Source: Thermodesulfobacteriota bacterium (lineage in GTDB: Bacteria; Desulfobacterota; Desulfarculia; JACQYL01). From it: a stretch of DNA of 64,000 nucleotides. Where the stretch lies: positions 3,296,001 to 3,360,000 of the forward strand of contig CAXXLZ010000002.1 of assembly GCA_963675595.2 (NCBI GenBank), in the 5' to 3' direction. A program made the translations under genes and the position numbers. The notes beneath the pieces are model-generated. The model made no database searches. It had not been told where the DNA came from and saw only the letters and a list, made by a program, of their open reading frames with translations. Below are positions 41,933-52,477 of this stretch, one piece after another. Numbering within the stretch: position 1 is the stretch's first letter; each line of letters opens with the position of its first letter.

Positions 41933-44900
41933 TCACGAAACCCGGTCTTTTTGGTCCGATCCGGTATGGATCGGATCCCGGATGGACACGACAAGATATT
42001 CCGTCTGTGGACGACGTTCCTCACCGTCCAATTCGATTTTTCTGAGTAAAATGTCTCGGTCGCCGAATCCCGGCAAATTCACCTTGAAGTGCGTTTGCAG
42101 GGGGCCGTTGGAAGATCGAAGTACCATATCCACGTTTTTCTTCAGCGGCTCGAAATTCCAAATCCCGGGACAGGCTTCATATAATCCCGACTTTTCAACG
42201 TTTCCGGAATCGCAGCCGAAAATCCTGCAATAAGTCTGGTTCACGTTGACCACGTTGAGCGCGGAATCCACGATCATTATGGGTTCCGGAAGGGTGTCCA
42301 GAATGCCGGCGAAAAATTTCCGAGCGTGAGCCAGTTCGGAGTTGGTCGCTAACCCCAGCCCCTCACTCTTCTTCAGCTTGTCGATGTCCACAAAGGTGAG
42401 CACCACGCCGTCGATTTGATTGTCCATCTTCCGGTAAGGTTTGATCCGCATGAGGTACCAGTCACCGTCTTTGGTTAGGACTTCATCTTCTTTGGGGATC
42501 AATGTGTCGAGCACTTGCCGAAGGTCTTCCATGAGTCCCTCGTATTTCAGTTTGGTGACCATGTGTTCCAGCGGACGACCGATGTCCGTTTGAATGAGGT
42601 TGACGATGCGGGTCGCCTGTTCGGTGAACCGTTTGACCCGAAGGTCCGGGTCCAGAAAGACGGTGGCGATGTCCGTGCTGTTGAGCAGGTTTCGCATATC
42701 GTCCTGAGAGGAATCCAACTCATCGATTTTGCCATGTAATTCGGTGTTGACCGTTTGCAGTTCCTCATTGAGGGACTGCAATTCCTCCTTGGACGATTCC
42801 AATTCCTCATTGGTGCTTTGGAGTTCTTCATTGGACGACTGGAGTTCCTCGTTGATGGACTTGAGTTCCTCGTTGGAGGTTTCCAGCTCCTCGATGGTGG
42901 TCTGATGGCTTTCTCTTGTGGCTTGCAGCTCTCGCTGCAGTTCCCGAACGCGTTCATCATCCGGGTCCCCGTTCCCCTCACTTTCGCCGGAGCCGAGTGC
43001 CGTCAAGGGGGAGTTTTCCGTTTCCGCTTCCTTGAACACCACGGCCAGGCAGGAGGCGGGTTCCTCGGGAAATCTCACTGGTTTGACCAACAGGTTGAGC
43101 AAAGAAGTTCCACTGTTGGATTGGACGCGCACATGCCGTCTTTCCACGGTTTCGTTGGTTACGGCCGCCTTGCGCAGGGCCGCGGCCAATTCGACGCGCA
43201 GACCTTCCCTGGCCAAATCCAGGATGTTCTGGGTGGGGGGACCCGACGGATACTCCAGATACTTGCCCGTCCGTCCTTGAATATGTTGTATGAGTCCGTT
43301 GGGCGTTACGATAATGCAGGGAGGAGCGAATTCATCGAGGATGAGTTTTCTGCTCAGGGACGCCAAGTCCTTGTCTCCAATCTCCGATTCCACCGACATC
43401 GGAAGTCCGATTTCGCGTTCTTCATGGTAACCTGCTCCTGTGGGGAATTTCACTTCGGGCCGCTCGCTGGTGGGTAAATCGCGCCGGCGGAAAACCTTCC
43501 ATTTGTTGTCCAAGGGAAGGAACAAGTTGCCGAAGGTCCCGATGGTCTCTGAGGACCCCAGCAGCAGAACTCCTCCCGGCTTCAGAGTGTAGTGGAACAA
43601 GGGCAACAAGGTCTTCTGGGCTTCGGAGTCCAAATAGATGAGCAGGTTCCGACAACTGAGCAGGTCCAGTTTGGAAAAGGGGGGATCCTTGAGCACGTCC
43701 TGAACGGAAAATACAATGTGGTCCCGAAGTTCTCGCTTGACTCGATAGGTTTCCCCCTCTCCGCTGAAAAAGTGTTTCAAGCGCTCCTGGTTGACCTCAG
43801 CGGCAATGTTTCTTGGATAGGAGCCCTCTCGGGCTTTTTCTACTGCGGTTTCGTCGATATCCGTCCCAAAAACCTGCAATCGGATTTGACGTCCCTGTTC
43901 CTGGATGGCTTCCAGAACCACCATGGCAATGGAATAGGCTTCCTCGCCGGTGGAACAGCCGGGAACCCATACCCGAAACGTCCCATCTTCGTCCAACTCT
44001 CTGAGCAATCCGGGTAATACGTCGTGTTTCAGCGTTGCGAAAGCCTCATGATCGCGAAAAAAGGAAGTGACGCCGATGAGAAGTTCCCGAAACAGCGCGG
44101 TCACCTCAGCGCCGCTTTCACGTAATAGTTGGATATACTGATCGTATTCACCGATTTGTTGAATGCCCATCCTCCTGGCGACACGCCGCACCATGGTATT
44201 CTTCTTGTATTTGGAGAAGTCGTGGCCGGTGCGATTACTGAGGATGATGAAAATCTTTTTGAGCCAATCCTCCGAAAGAGGTTGGATAACTATTTCTTTT
44301 CGGCCCAGGAGGTGATCCGTCTGTCTGAAATACCGGAGAATTTTTTCCGGCATGGCTTCCGGTGGAAGCGTCATATCCACCAGCCCGGTTTGGATCGCGT
44401 GATGGGGCATGCCGTTGTACTTGGCTGTTTGCGGATCCTGGGCCACGGCCAGACCCTCGTTGGCTTTGATCTGCTCCAGCCCCAGGGTTCCGTCCGTCCC
44501 AGTGCCGGAAAGAATCACGGCCGCGGCTTTTTCTTTTTTGGCGCAAGCCAGGGATTGCAGAAAAAAGTCAATGGGAAGCGAGGAGGTGTCGGTCTTTATG
44601 AGGTCGAAAACCTGGATGGTTTCACCCGTAATACCCAGCTCCTTGTTGGGTGAGGTGATGTAGACTCTATCGGGTTGGATCTTGTCGCCGTCGGTCGCGG
44701 CTTTGACCTCGAGTTTCGTGACCTTCTGCAGCAGTTCGGGCAACAGACTCCCCTGTTTCGGCGCCAGATGCACCACCACCACGAAGGCCATGCCGCATGG
44801 CACGGGCACGGCGGAGAAAAAGGACTTGAGGGCTTCCAGACCTCCGGCGGACGCGCCTATTCCCACCACGGGAATCTCCCTTTTCATCGAGCAGGGAGGT

Positions 44901-45013
44901 GGTTCGCCTACCGGCTTAGCGGTGGAGCTTCCTTTTCCTTGGGACACGGCGCCTTCCTGTTCGGCGTTCTTTTTATCCGGAGCTTCTTCTTTTGGAGGCT
45001 TAGGCTTGGCCAT
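41933..45013 (-). CDS. CheB methylesterase/CheR methyltransferase/PAS fusion protein
   Basis: GASAGG, VVVHL, SGTGTDG; IGVTSFFRD, GCSTGEEAYS, SCRNLLIY; heptad EEL(Q/E)SxNEEL repeats; PAS domains. Confidence 0.93.
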   Translation of the reverse strand: MAKPKPPKEEAPDKKNAEQEGAVSQGKGSSTAKPVGEPPPCSMKREIPVVGIGASAGGLEALKSFFSAVPVPCGMAFVVVVHLAPKQGSLLPELLQKVTKLEVKAATDGDKIQPDRVYITSPNKELGITGETIQVFDLIKTDTSSLPIDFFLQSLACAKKEKAAAVILSGTGTDGTLGLEQIKANEGLAVAQDPQTAKYNGMPHHAIQTGLVDMTLPPEAMPEKILRYFRQTDHLLGRKEIVIQPLSEDWLKKIFIILSNRTGHDFSKYKKNTMVRRVARRMGIQQIGEYDQYIQLLRESGAEVTALFRELLIGVTSFFRDHEAFATLKHDVLPGLLRELDEDGTFRVWVPGCSTGEEAYSIAMVVLEAIQEQGRQIRLQVFGTDIDETAVEKAREGSYPRNIAAEVNQERLKHFFSGEGETYRVKRELRDHIVFSVQDVLKDPPFSKLDLLSCRNLLIYLDSEAQKTLLPLFHYTLKPGGVLLLGSSETIGTFGNLFLPLDNKWKVFRRRDLPTSERPEVKFPTGAGYHEEREIGLPMSVESEIGDKDLASLSRKLILDEFAPPCIIVTPNGLIQHIQGRTGKYLEYPSGPPTQNILDLAREGLRVELAAALRKAAVTNETVERRHVRVQSNSGTSLLNLLVKPVRFPEEPASCLAVVFKEAETENSPLTALGSGESEGNGDPDDERVRELQRELQATRESHQTTIEELETSNEELKSINEELQSSNEELQSTNEELESSKEELQSLNEELQTVNTELHGKIDELDSSQDDMRNLLNSTDIATVFLDPDLRVKRFTEQATRIVNLIQTDIGRPLEHMVTKLKYEGLMEDLRQVLDTLIPKEDEVLTKDGDWYLMRIKPYRKMDNQIDGVVLTFVDIDKLKKSEGLGLATNSELAHARKFFAGILDTLPEPIMIVDSALNVVNVNQTYCRIFGCDSGNVEKSGLYEACPGIWNFEPLKKNVDMVLRSSNGPLQTHFKVNLPGFGDRDILLRKIELDGEERRPQTEYLVVSIRDPIHTGSDQKDRVS

Positions 45014-45854
45014 GTCTTTTCCTGGCTTTCATTTCGAGGGGGCACTCGCTCGAGACACGGAGGCGGTGATAATAGGCCGATTCCGCGAATTGTGGGGAAA
45101 ATGCATTGCTTTCACACAAAAAGACCGTCTTGTTTCGGACGCTGAGACGCTTTTGAAGCATTGCGGAATCATCCGTAAAAGCAACAAATTCTCATTACCG
45201 CGCCAAATCGGTTTGAGGAAGTCTGATTCTCTCCGTGCCACGGAGAACAATAAGAGCGGGAGTTGAGAGGATTCCATCAAGAAGTGTTGAATACCACACC
45301 TTGGCAACAAATTGTATCATATCGATTTGATTCTTGACAACGGTAAGGGCTCCGAAAGTGGGATTCTTTCCTTGCTCTACCGACCGAGACCCGTCTATAT
45401 TAAGAAGCACTAAGAATTGTGGCACATTGCGCAAAGTGAGTGGGCGGCCGGTCGGGGTTTGTTTGGTATGCGATTCACTATAACACGAATTGTCTATACT
45501 CTAAATTACGTATAATCGTCTCCGGCAGACGGGACGCCGGCGGCCGTCGCGGCTTTTCGCTCGCGGTGGGTTCTTCGTTCGGTCTTTCGCTTCATTTTTT
45601 TTCGACCCGCTCTCCGCGTTCAGGCCCCGTTTCCATCGAAATTCCAATTATCCCTACAAACCAGTCCGTCCATGCCTACCGGCGATCGGAGCGCTCCGCT
45701 CCTTTGCGGGGGGAGTCTCGCCGATGCGACGCTCTATCGCGGCGGATTGCCGGTGGGTCCGTCCCTCAAGCGTTCGCACGGCATGGGGGCGCTCGCAGGC
45801 TTCGAACCCTGTTTTCCATTTGGGTCCATGAGGAAAAACCGCAGGAGGAACTCT

Positions 45855-47135
45855 ATGGGAATTGCGCGCAGTTTACGATTGCCGGCCTGCCTGGCGATCG
45901 CCGTTCTGCTGTTTTGTCCCGACTTCGCTGGAGCCAAAAGCCCGAGGCAAGCGGGACAGATACGGATCATCCCCGCTTCACCGGAAGCGAACGCTCTCCT
46001 TCAACCGGCGATTTTGTCGGGACTTCAAAACGGGGTGCCCTGGTCCATGACGTTGGAATCGATGAACTACGGAAACGTTTACATCGAGGTGCCCGAGGGG
46101 GCCACAAAGCTCACGGTGGTCACATCCGGCGGCGTGGGGGACCTGGACTTGTATCTCAAATACGGGAGCACGGTTTCCGGTGGAACCGTGCCCGAGTTGG
46201 ATGAGGATGCCGACATCCGCTCCGACGGACCCACCGCCGTCGAGCAAATCGAGATTACGCCCGAAACGAATCCCCCCCTGGTGAAAGGAAACTGGTATAT
46301 CGCCGTGCTCAATCTGAACGATTATACGACGCAGTTCAGCGTCACGGCGACCTATGAAACCCCGGAACCCGAGGAAGCGGAGGCATTGCCGCAGCTTTCT
46401 TTTCGCATCAACGACGCCCACGCAACACCCTGGTCCTCGGTTCGCATCGCGGCGGACGCCTCGGGCGCCGAAGCCGAAGATCGATTCGACCTATACGTGG
46501 CCTTGCGGGATGCGGGTACCGGCGCCCTGACGTTTCTTTCGGAAAGCCCCCCGGCGGACGGATGGATTTTTCCTTTCCGATCGAATTTCGCGTTCACCGA
46601 CGAAGTGGTCCTTCTGGAAGGAATCCTCGGCGCGGAACTTCCGCAGATGACTTTTTACCTGTTCGGGGTGTTGGTGAAACCCGGTGCGTCGCCGTTGGAC
46701 CCGAGTAATTGGGCGAGCGACCTGGCGGCCCTGGTGATCATTCTGGGGAATCTGTCCCAAGTCCAGTGGGACGTGCTTTCCGACTATGGAACGCCCCATG
46801 CGTTTCATATCCTTTTCGACCGTGAAACCCATCGACGCATCGAAACCTGGAGTTACGGGAGCAATCGAATGTTTCAGTTCATTAACGGTCAAGGCCTGGT
46901 CGCTCCGGAACCGGGTGCGCGAGGCGGCGTATCGGGAGGAAGGGGCGTTCCCGTGTCCTATGGTCCGGGGTTCTTCCATCCGTCCACAACCACGGAGGAC
47001 CTGCGTGCTTTGCTGGGTGAGCCGGACCGTATTCTGGACGGGGAAACCCCGGGGGAACGAACGTGGTATTTCTGCGGGGCGGGAATTTTCGCCACTTTCG
47101 TCAATGATGTGGTTACGGAAATAGGGGGCGAGTGA
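45855..47135 (+). CDS. Secreted protein with PPC (pre-peptidase C-terminal) domain
   Basis: AGGAGG RBS, signal peptide, IEVPEGATKLTV...GDLDLYLKYG...GNWYIAV. Confidence 0.75.
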   Translation: MGIARSLRLPACLAIAVLLFCPDFAGAKSPRQAGQIRIIPASPEANALLQPAILSGLQNGVPWSMTLESMNYGNVYIEVPEGATKLTVVTSGGVGDLDLYLKYGSTVSGGTVPELDEDADIRSDGPTAVEQIEITPETNPPLVKGNWYIAVLNLNDYTTQFSVTATYETPEPEEAEALPQLSFRINDAHATPWSSVRIAADASGAEAEDRFDLYVALRDAGTGALTFLSESPPADGWIFPFRSNFAFTDEVVLLEGILGAELPQMTFYLFGVLVKPGASPLDPSNWASDLAALVIILGNLSQVQWDVLSDYGTPHAFHILFDRETHRRIETWSYGSNRMFQFINGQGLVAPEPGARGGVSGGRGVPVSYGPGFFHPSTTTEDLRALLGEPDRILDGETPGERTWYFCGAGIFATFVNDVVTEIGGE

Positions 47136-49702
47136 TGCGTCGATTGGGAATGGTCCTGTTGGCCGCCGTCTTGACCCTAAGTGCGGTCCGTCCCGTCGTC
47201 GCGGTCATGACCGGCGACGACGCCTGCAAGGAATGCGGAATCAGCACATCATACGATTCGGTGTCATATTATCTCAGCAAGCCATGGACTTACTATAACA
47301 ACTGCATCTTTTCCGTGGACGCCCTCAGTCGTGACACGCGCGTGAGATGCTACTGCATCGCCTATCTTCTGAATAGATGGGGAGACCCGGACTATGCCGC
47401 GGGTGAAACCAAGTTCAGGGATTCCCTGGTGGAGAAAGGACCGTGCTCCCTAACGGGGCCCAATGATGTGGATTTGCCCGCCACGGGCCGGGAGATCGGC
47501 GTCACCTTGTCGGGGAAGGTGCCCAATGCCCGGGACAGCGTCACGGTGCGTTCCGATTGGGACTCTTCCGCCGCAACGACCGAGTCGGATTTGGAGGGGA
47601 ATTTTTCCGTCAACTTCAATCCGGTGTTGATGCCCGACGAATCCGAACATGCGGCCCTTACCTTCCATATCGAGCAGGCCCAGGGATGCACCAACATGGA
47701 TTTGGCCTCCCATACGGTGATGCTGAAACGACCGCAGCCCAAGGCGGAACTGAAACTCCAGGACGGAGGCAAGTCGGACGTTCAACCCGGAGAACCGGTG
47801 TGGTTCGTTGCCGAAGTGAAGGCCGTGGGACCCGTCTCGTGCGAGCTGCTGGCCGACGACGAGAAGCATACCCCTGTGCCCATGATTCCTTCGGGCGGCA
47901 CGGGGAAGATGGTCTCGTCCTTCAGCACCACGTTTACCGACAATGCTAAGGTGCGGCTCCAGGCAACGGACAATTCCGGCCAGAACACCTTCAGCAATTC
48001 CATTGAAATCAAAGCCCGCCGACTTCCGAGCGTCACCCGGGTGCAGAAGCAGGGCTGTTACGAAGCGGGAGGGCAGGTGGGAGGCATCCTCCTGATTCAC
48101 TACCAAAATCCCAGTAAGGCCTATCTGTCGGTGACCGTTGAAGCCCATTTCAAAGGGGCCAAGTCTTCGACTTTCGTGAGCATCGGTGATCAGACCCAAG
48201 GGCAATGCGAGGCGCGGGTTCTTTTTCCCTATTGGCCCGGTCCCGGAGACCCTCAAAAGGTTACCATCAACGTCCTGGTGAAACCCAATTACACCTTTCT
48301 GCCCGATGGCTCCAAAGACTTACCCGCCAAATCGGGGTCCTTCAAAGTGGACTACGGGAAGCACGGATTCAGCTCGGATACCAAGGCGATCGGTTCGTAT
48401 TCCGACGAAGGGTGCGAGTTCTGCACGGACTGCTGGGACTCCCTTGCCGACATGGACGAAGACGGAATAAGCGATGAGAAGGACAATTGCCTGAGCACGC
48501 CCAACGCCGACCAAAAGGATGAGGATAACGATCAAGTCGGCGATGCGTGCGACAACTGCCCCACGCATCCCAATCGAAGCCAGCGGGATCAGGACGAGGA
48601 CGGCATTGGAGACGAGTGCGACTCCTGCCCGGAATTGGCCGGGGCCGGCGGAGCCGATGCGGACAACGACGGATGGGGGGATGAATGCGATAATTGTCCG
48701 CAGGTCTTCAATCCCACCCAGTCGGACCAAGACGGCGACGAAAAGGGTGATGAATGCGACAACTGCCCCGACGTCGCCAACTCCGACCAGGCGGACGACA
48801 ACGGCGACGGTGTGGGCGACGCATGTCCGGAGTTCATCTGCGTTCCGCCGGATTGTTGTGAGGAGTTTCCGGAACCCTGCGACGGGGATTGTTACGAACC
48901 CTGCCGGGACGGATGGGAACCCGACCCGTCGGATTGTTCCGTGTGCGTATCCACCGTGGATGAGCACCCTCCCATGGTGAGCATCACATCACCCGCCTCC
49001 GGTACCCTGGTTACCGCCGGGTCCACCGTTACCGTGTCCGCCCTCTTCTGGGATGCCGGCGAAAAGGACGGAGGGGTGGTTTCGGGGGTCTTCTCGGCGG
49101 CGGGGGAAGCCCTGGGCGGCGGGCCCGGTCCCGCGAGCTTTACCTCTTCCCCGGTGGGCGAAGTCACCAAGAACTGCACCATTACCGTGAAATCGGATAT
49201 CGACGGCATTGCGGACCCCAACATCGTGGTCACGGCCCAGGGGACCGACGCACGGGGAAACCGTTCCGCCGCGGCCTCCATTACCCTGAAGGCCGTAGCC
49301 CCGACCGAATGCGAGCCGCCGGGATGTTGCGCTGAAAAGCCGTTGCCGTGCGACCCGTGGTGCCTTCCCGCCGATTATGTTTGTTGCGATGCGGGAGGCG
49401 GCGGGTATTGTAATCCGGGGGAAATCTGTTGTGGGACCGACTACTGCTGCCAACCCGGAGCCGAGTGTTGCGGGGACAGCTGCTGTCCCTTGGGAGCCGA
49501 GTGCTGTTCCGGACTCGGCTGCTGTGCGCCGGGTACGTGCTGCGGTCAGGGCTGCTGTCCCGACACGAGCTATTACTGTTGCTATCATGGAAGAGCTTGC
49601 TGCCCGTATGGAACCGAATGTACGGAAGACGGGAGGTGTGTGAGTTCGACCAATTCCGTTCCCATGCGGATGAATGGCTTCCTGATACAGGACGGGATTT
49701 GA
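47132..49702 (+). CDS. Secreted protein with thrombospondin type 3 repeats, Ig-like domain and Cys-rich tail
   Basis: Signal peptide; repeated DxDxDGxGDxCDNCPxxxNxxQ; PPMVSITSPASG...AQGTDARGN; C-terminal periodic CC motifs. Confidence 0.82.
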   Translation: MMRRLGMVLLAAVLTLSAVRPVVAVMTGDDACKECGISTSYDSVSYYLSKPWTYYNNCIFSVDALSRDTRVRCYCIAYLLNRWGDPDYAAGETKFRDSLVEKGPCSLTGPNDVDLPATGREIGVTLSGKVPNARDSVTVRSDWDSSAATTESDLEGNFSVNFNPVLMPDESEHAALTFHIEQAQGCTNMDLASHTVMLKRPQPKAELKLQDGGKSDVQPGEPVWFVAEVKAVGPVSCELLADDEKHTPVPMIPSGGTGKMVSSFSTTFTDNAKVRLQATDNSGQNTFSNSIEIKARRLPSVTRVQKQGCYEAGGQVGGILLIHYQNPSKAYLSVTVEAHFKGAKSSTFVSIGDQTQGQCEARVLFPYWPGPGDPQKVTINVLVKPNYTFLPDGSKDLPAKSGSFKVDYGKHGFSSDTKAIGSYSDEGCEFCTDCWDSLADMDEDGISDEKDNCLSTPNADQKDEDNDQVGDACDNCPTHPNRSQRDQDEDGIGDECDSCPELAGAGGADADNDGWGDECDNCPQVFNPTQSDQDGDEKGDECDNCPDVANSDQADDNGDGVGDACPEFICVPPDCCEEFPEPCDGDCYEPCRDGWEPDPSDCSVCVSTVDEHPPMVSITSPASGTLVTAGSTVTVSALFWDAGEKDGGVVSGVFSAAGEALGGGPGPASFTSSPVGEVTKNCTITVKSDIDGIADPNIVVTAQGTDARGNRSAAASITLKAVAPTECEPPGCCAEKPLPCDPWCLPADYVCCDAGGGGYCNPGEICCGTDYCCQPGAECCGDSCCPLGAECCSGLGCCAPGTCCGQGCCPDTSYYCCYHGRACCPYGTECTEDGRCVSSTNSVPMRMNGFLIQDGI

Positions 49703-49870
49703 CGAAAAGCCGCACCGGGGTTTCCCTATTCGGGGATGGTGTGTTTTTCGTACGGATCGGATTACGGAGGGTTGAGACTGCATCAAATCGGATCATGGGA
49801 CCCGAGGGAGGAGCCGTCGGAAAGGCTCCCTCCCCTCATCATGCCCCGTTAAAGGGAAAACGTCATATGC

Positions 49871-49993
49871 CCTGAAAAACGGCTCCCGATCCGCGGAGTT
49901 GTACTTCATTCCTCGTCACTGCGACGCACTTCCATGTAGGCCTCGCTTCCTAACATTTGCGTGCGTTTCACCTCGCCGTCTTTCAACAGCCTG
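49871..49993. repeat. Diverged copy of the ~125-bp intergenic element
   Basis: Shares CCTCGTCACTGCGACG core and right end CAGCCTG with 13792-13914. Confidence 0.65.
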
Positions 49994-50386
49994 AAATCAT
50001 CGGACTTTTTACCGAGCCGTCAAGCCAAGGCCCTCCCGCTTCCGCTTCGTTCCGAAAGCGGGCAAGTTCCATGAAAGAAGACTTGAGGCTTCGTCGTTTC
50101 TCCCGATGTACCATATGGTAACCCCAAGCGGGATTCCCGTACTTCTCCCGGCGTCGGACGCCCAAGTCCAATGGGTCCCCATCCCGGTTCAGGTCCGGGC
50201 CGTGGCCGTTTTCGGGCGACATTGGCTTGGACCTTGCTTAAAATCGGCTAAGAATGTTTGTCCCGGAGGCAAGGCGGTATTAGAATTACATATCAAAGCC
50301 CTCCAACACGATTCGATTTCGAAAAATCGGGCGCGGACCTGAAACCGAAATCCGGCGCCTTTCGATGTAAACGGCAGGTGGTAATC

Positions 50387-52162
50387 ATGCGAACCGCTCG
50401 AATCATTCTTTTTTTATTGGCCTTAGCGGCCTGCACGGTGATGGCCGGGCCCTCGGGAGCGGTGGAAATAGACCCGAGCTCAAAGTCCATTCATCAGGAC
50501 AGCTTTGAGGATATCCTCGAAAGAGAGGGCACGGTACGGGTCATCGCCGAACTCAGGGTGGACGGGCTTCCCGCTCTGCTCAGCGCCTCCCGGGCCTACA
50601 AATCCGCCCACAGGGGTCTCGCTTTTCCCGCCGAAGGGATCGAGGCGGACGCGGCTTTGGCTCGGGGCATCGATCATGCCGCCGATCTGGCGCTCAAATC
50701 CATGGAAGGCGCGGCCTATCGGGTCGTCCACACCTATCGGAGCGTGCCCGCCATCGCTTTGGAAGTCGGACGAAAAGGCCTGGAGGCTTTGAGGGCGTCT
50801 CCCTACGTGGTCGGAGTAGCGGAGGACCGGCCCATGCCCCTTCCTCCCATGCCGGAGGAGGACCTCGACGGAGTTTCGGGCTCGACCCTGTCCCCGTCTC
50901 TCAGTGATTCCACGGACCTCATCGGAGCGGACCAAGCCTGGAGCCGGGGTTACACCGGAGACGGGTGGTATGTGGCCGTGTTGGATACCGGAATTCGGCG
51001 GACTCACCAGATGTTCGCCGGAAAAGACATTGTGGAAGCCTGCTTTTCCACCGCCGGGGATTGCCCCAACAACACTACCGTCAAGTACGGAACGGGTTCG
51101 GCCGTGCACCTCTCGAGCAGCTACGCCGGCTGGGACCACGGAACCCATGTGGCCGGCATCGCCACGGGCAACAGCGCAAGCCTGAAGGGCGTGGCCAAGG
51201 ACGCGGAGATCATCGCGGTCCAGGTGTTTTCCTACTGTTACGATTACTATAGCGGGCAATGGTATCTCGGAAGCTACCCGTCGGATCAGATCGCCGGGAT
51301 GGACTACGTATACAGCCTGCGGACCACCAAGCAGATCGCGTCCGTGAACATGAGCCTGGGAGGAAGCGCCTATTCCAGCGAGTCTTCGTGCGATTCGGCG
51401 TCTTCATCCACCAAGACGGCGATCGATAACCTCCGGGCCGTGGGCATTGCCACGGCCATCGCCTCGGGCAACTCATACCAGTGCAACGGCGTATCCACTC
51501 CGGGCTGCATCTCCACCGCGGTGGCGGTGGGCGCCACGTCCAAATCGGATGCGGAGGCGAACTTCAGCAACTGGCAGTCCGATATTCTGGATGTGTTCGC
51601 TCCGGGGGTGTCCATCCTTTCATCCACCGCGGACAGCGACTACAGCACCGAAGCCTGGAACGGAACCTCCATGGCCACGCCTCACGTGGCCGGCGCCTGG
51701 GCCGTGCTCAAACAACGTTCTCCCGACGCTTCGGTGAGTGAGGTCCTGAACGCTCTGCAGAGCACCGGCGTCACCGTGAGCAGTCGGTGCGGCACCGGAA
51801 GCAAGCCCAGAATCAACGTGAACTCCGCTTTGGACGCTCTGTCGTCTCAGACCGACCCGCCCATCGCCGATTTTACGTCGGACGTAAGGTCGGGAGCTCT
51901 TCCCCTGACGGTGAGCTTCACGAATCTCGGGAGCGGACAGATTTCCTCTTATCGTTGGTCCTTCGGCGACGGCGCAACGAGCACGCTTGCCAATCCTTCT
52001 CATACCTATTCCACAAAAGGTCGATATACGGTGGCGCTCACCGTGACCGGCTCCGGGGGCTCGGACACGGAAACCAAGGAGCGTTATGTGCGGGCGGGAT
52101 ACGCATTGAACGGCCTACTGATACAAGCGACGATCGGGCAGTTGCTGGAAGACGACGACTAG
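50387..52162 (+). CDS. Secreted subtilisin-family (S8) serine protease with PKD domain
   Basis: Catalytic triad motifs VAVLDTG, HGTHVAG, GTSMATPHVAG; PKD YRWSFGDG...NPSHTY...YTVALTV. Confidence 0.95.
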   Translation: MRTARIILFLLALAACTVMAGPSGAVEIDPSSKSIHQDSFEDILEREGTVRVIAELRVDGLPALLSASRAYKSAHRGLAFPAEGIEADAALARGIDHAADLALKSMEGAAYRVVHTYRSVPAIALEVGRKGLEALRASPYVVGVAEDRPMPLPPMPEEDLDGVSGSTLSPSLSDSTDLIGADQAWSRGYTGDGWYVAVLDTGIRRTHQMFAGKDIVEACFSTAGDCPNNTTVKYGTGSAVHLSSSYAGWDHGTHVAGIATGNSASLKGVAKDAEIIAVQVFSYCYDYYSGQWYLGSYPSDQIAGMDYVYSLRTTKQIASVNMSLGGSAYSSESSCDSASSSTKTAIDNLRAVGIATAIASGNSYQCNGVSTPGCISTAVAVGATSKSDAEANFSNWQSDILDVFAPGVSILSSTADSDYSTEAWNGTSMATPHVAGAWAVLKQRSPDASVSEVLNALQSTGVTVSSRCGTGSKPRINVNSALDALSSQTDPPIADFTSDVRSGALPLTVSFTNLGSGQISSYRWSFGDGATSTLANPSHTYSTKGRYTVALTVTGSGGSDTETKERYVRAGYALNGLLIQATIGQLLEDDD

Positions 52163-52189
52163 ACCATTTTTCGAGGAATTCAACCTGAT

Positions 52190-52222
52190 TCAGGGCGGGC
52201 CTTGGTGTCCGCCCTGATTTTT
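52190..52222 (+). terminator. Terminator downstream of the subtilase
   Basis: TCAGGGCGG...CCGCCCTGA followed by TTTTT. Confidence 0.7.
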
Positions 52223-52477
52223 GGGGTCCCGCCTTAAGACGTCCCTTTTCTTGTTCTTCATCACTGAAACCCGGTGTTCCTCCGGGAATTCTCTACGACA
52301 GCCTCCTCCCTCGTCGCGGAATCGCCGGGCGGCGGACCGAGACTGGTGCGAAGGACGACGAATGCTCCTCCCCTTGCGACCGTCGGGTCGGCAAGGTCTG
52401 GAACATTTCCGACCTTTTATTTATGCTGATCCCATATCCGTTGTTCCCCTTTTCCCAATTCACCCGGAGGTATTGGA

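Noticed and set aside
42740-42900. 21-bp periodic repeats in the cheB/cheR gene
   Set aside because: Ordinary EELQSxNEEL coiled-coil heptads typical of this fusion family
45420-45460. Cyclic-dinucleotide (GEMM) riboswitch or sigma-54 promoter upstream of the secreted-protein genes
   Set aside because: Only a fragmentary resemblance; second stem absent and GG-N10-GC spacing not met
48440-48830. Repeats as a CRISPR array
   Set aside because: They are degenerate coding TSP3 repeats; no identical repeat-spacer pattern or cas genes found in the window
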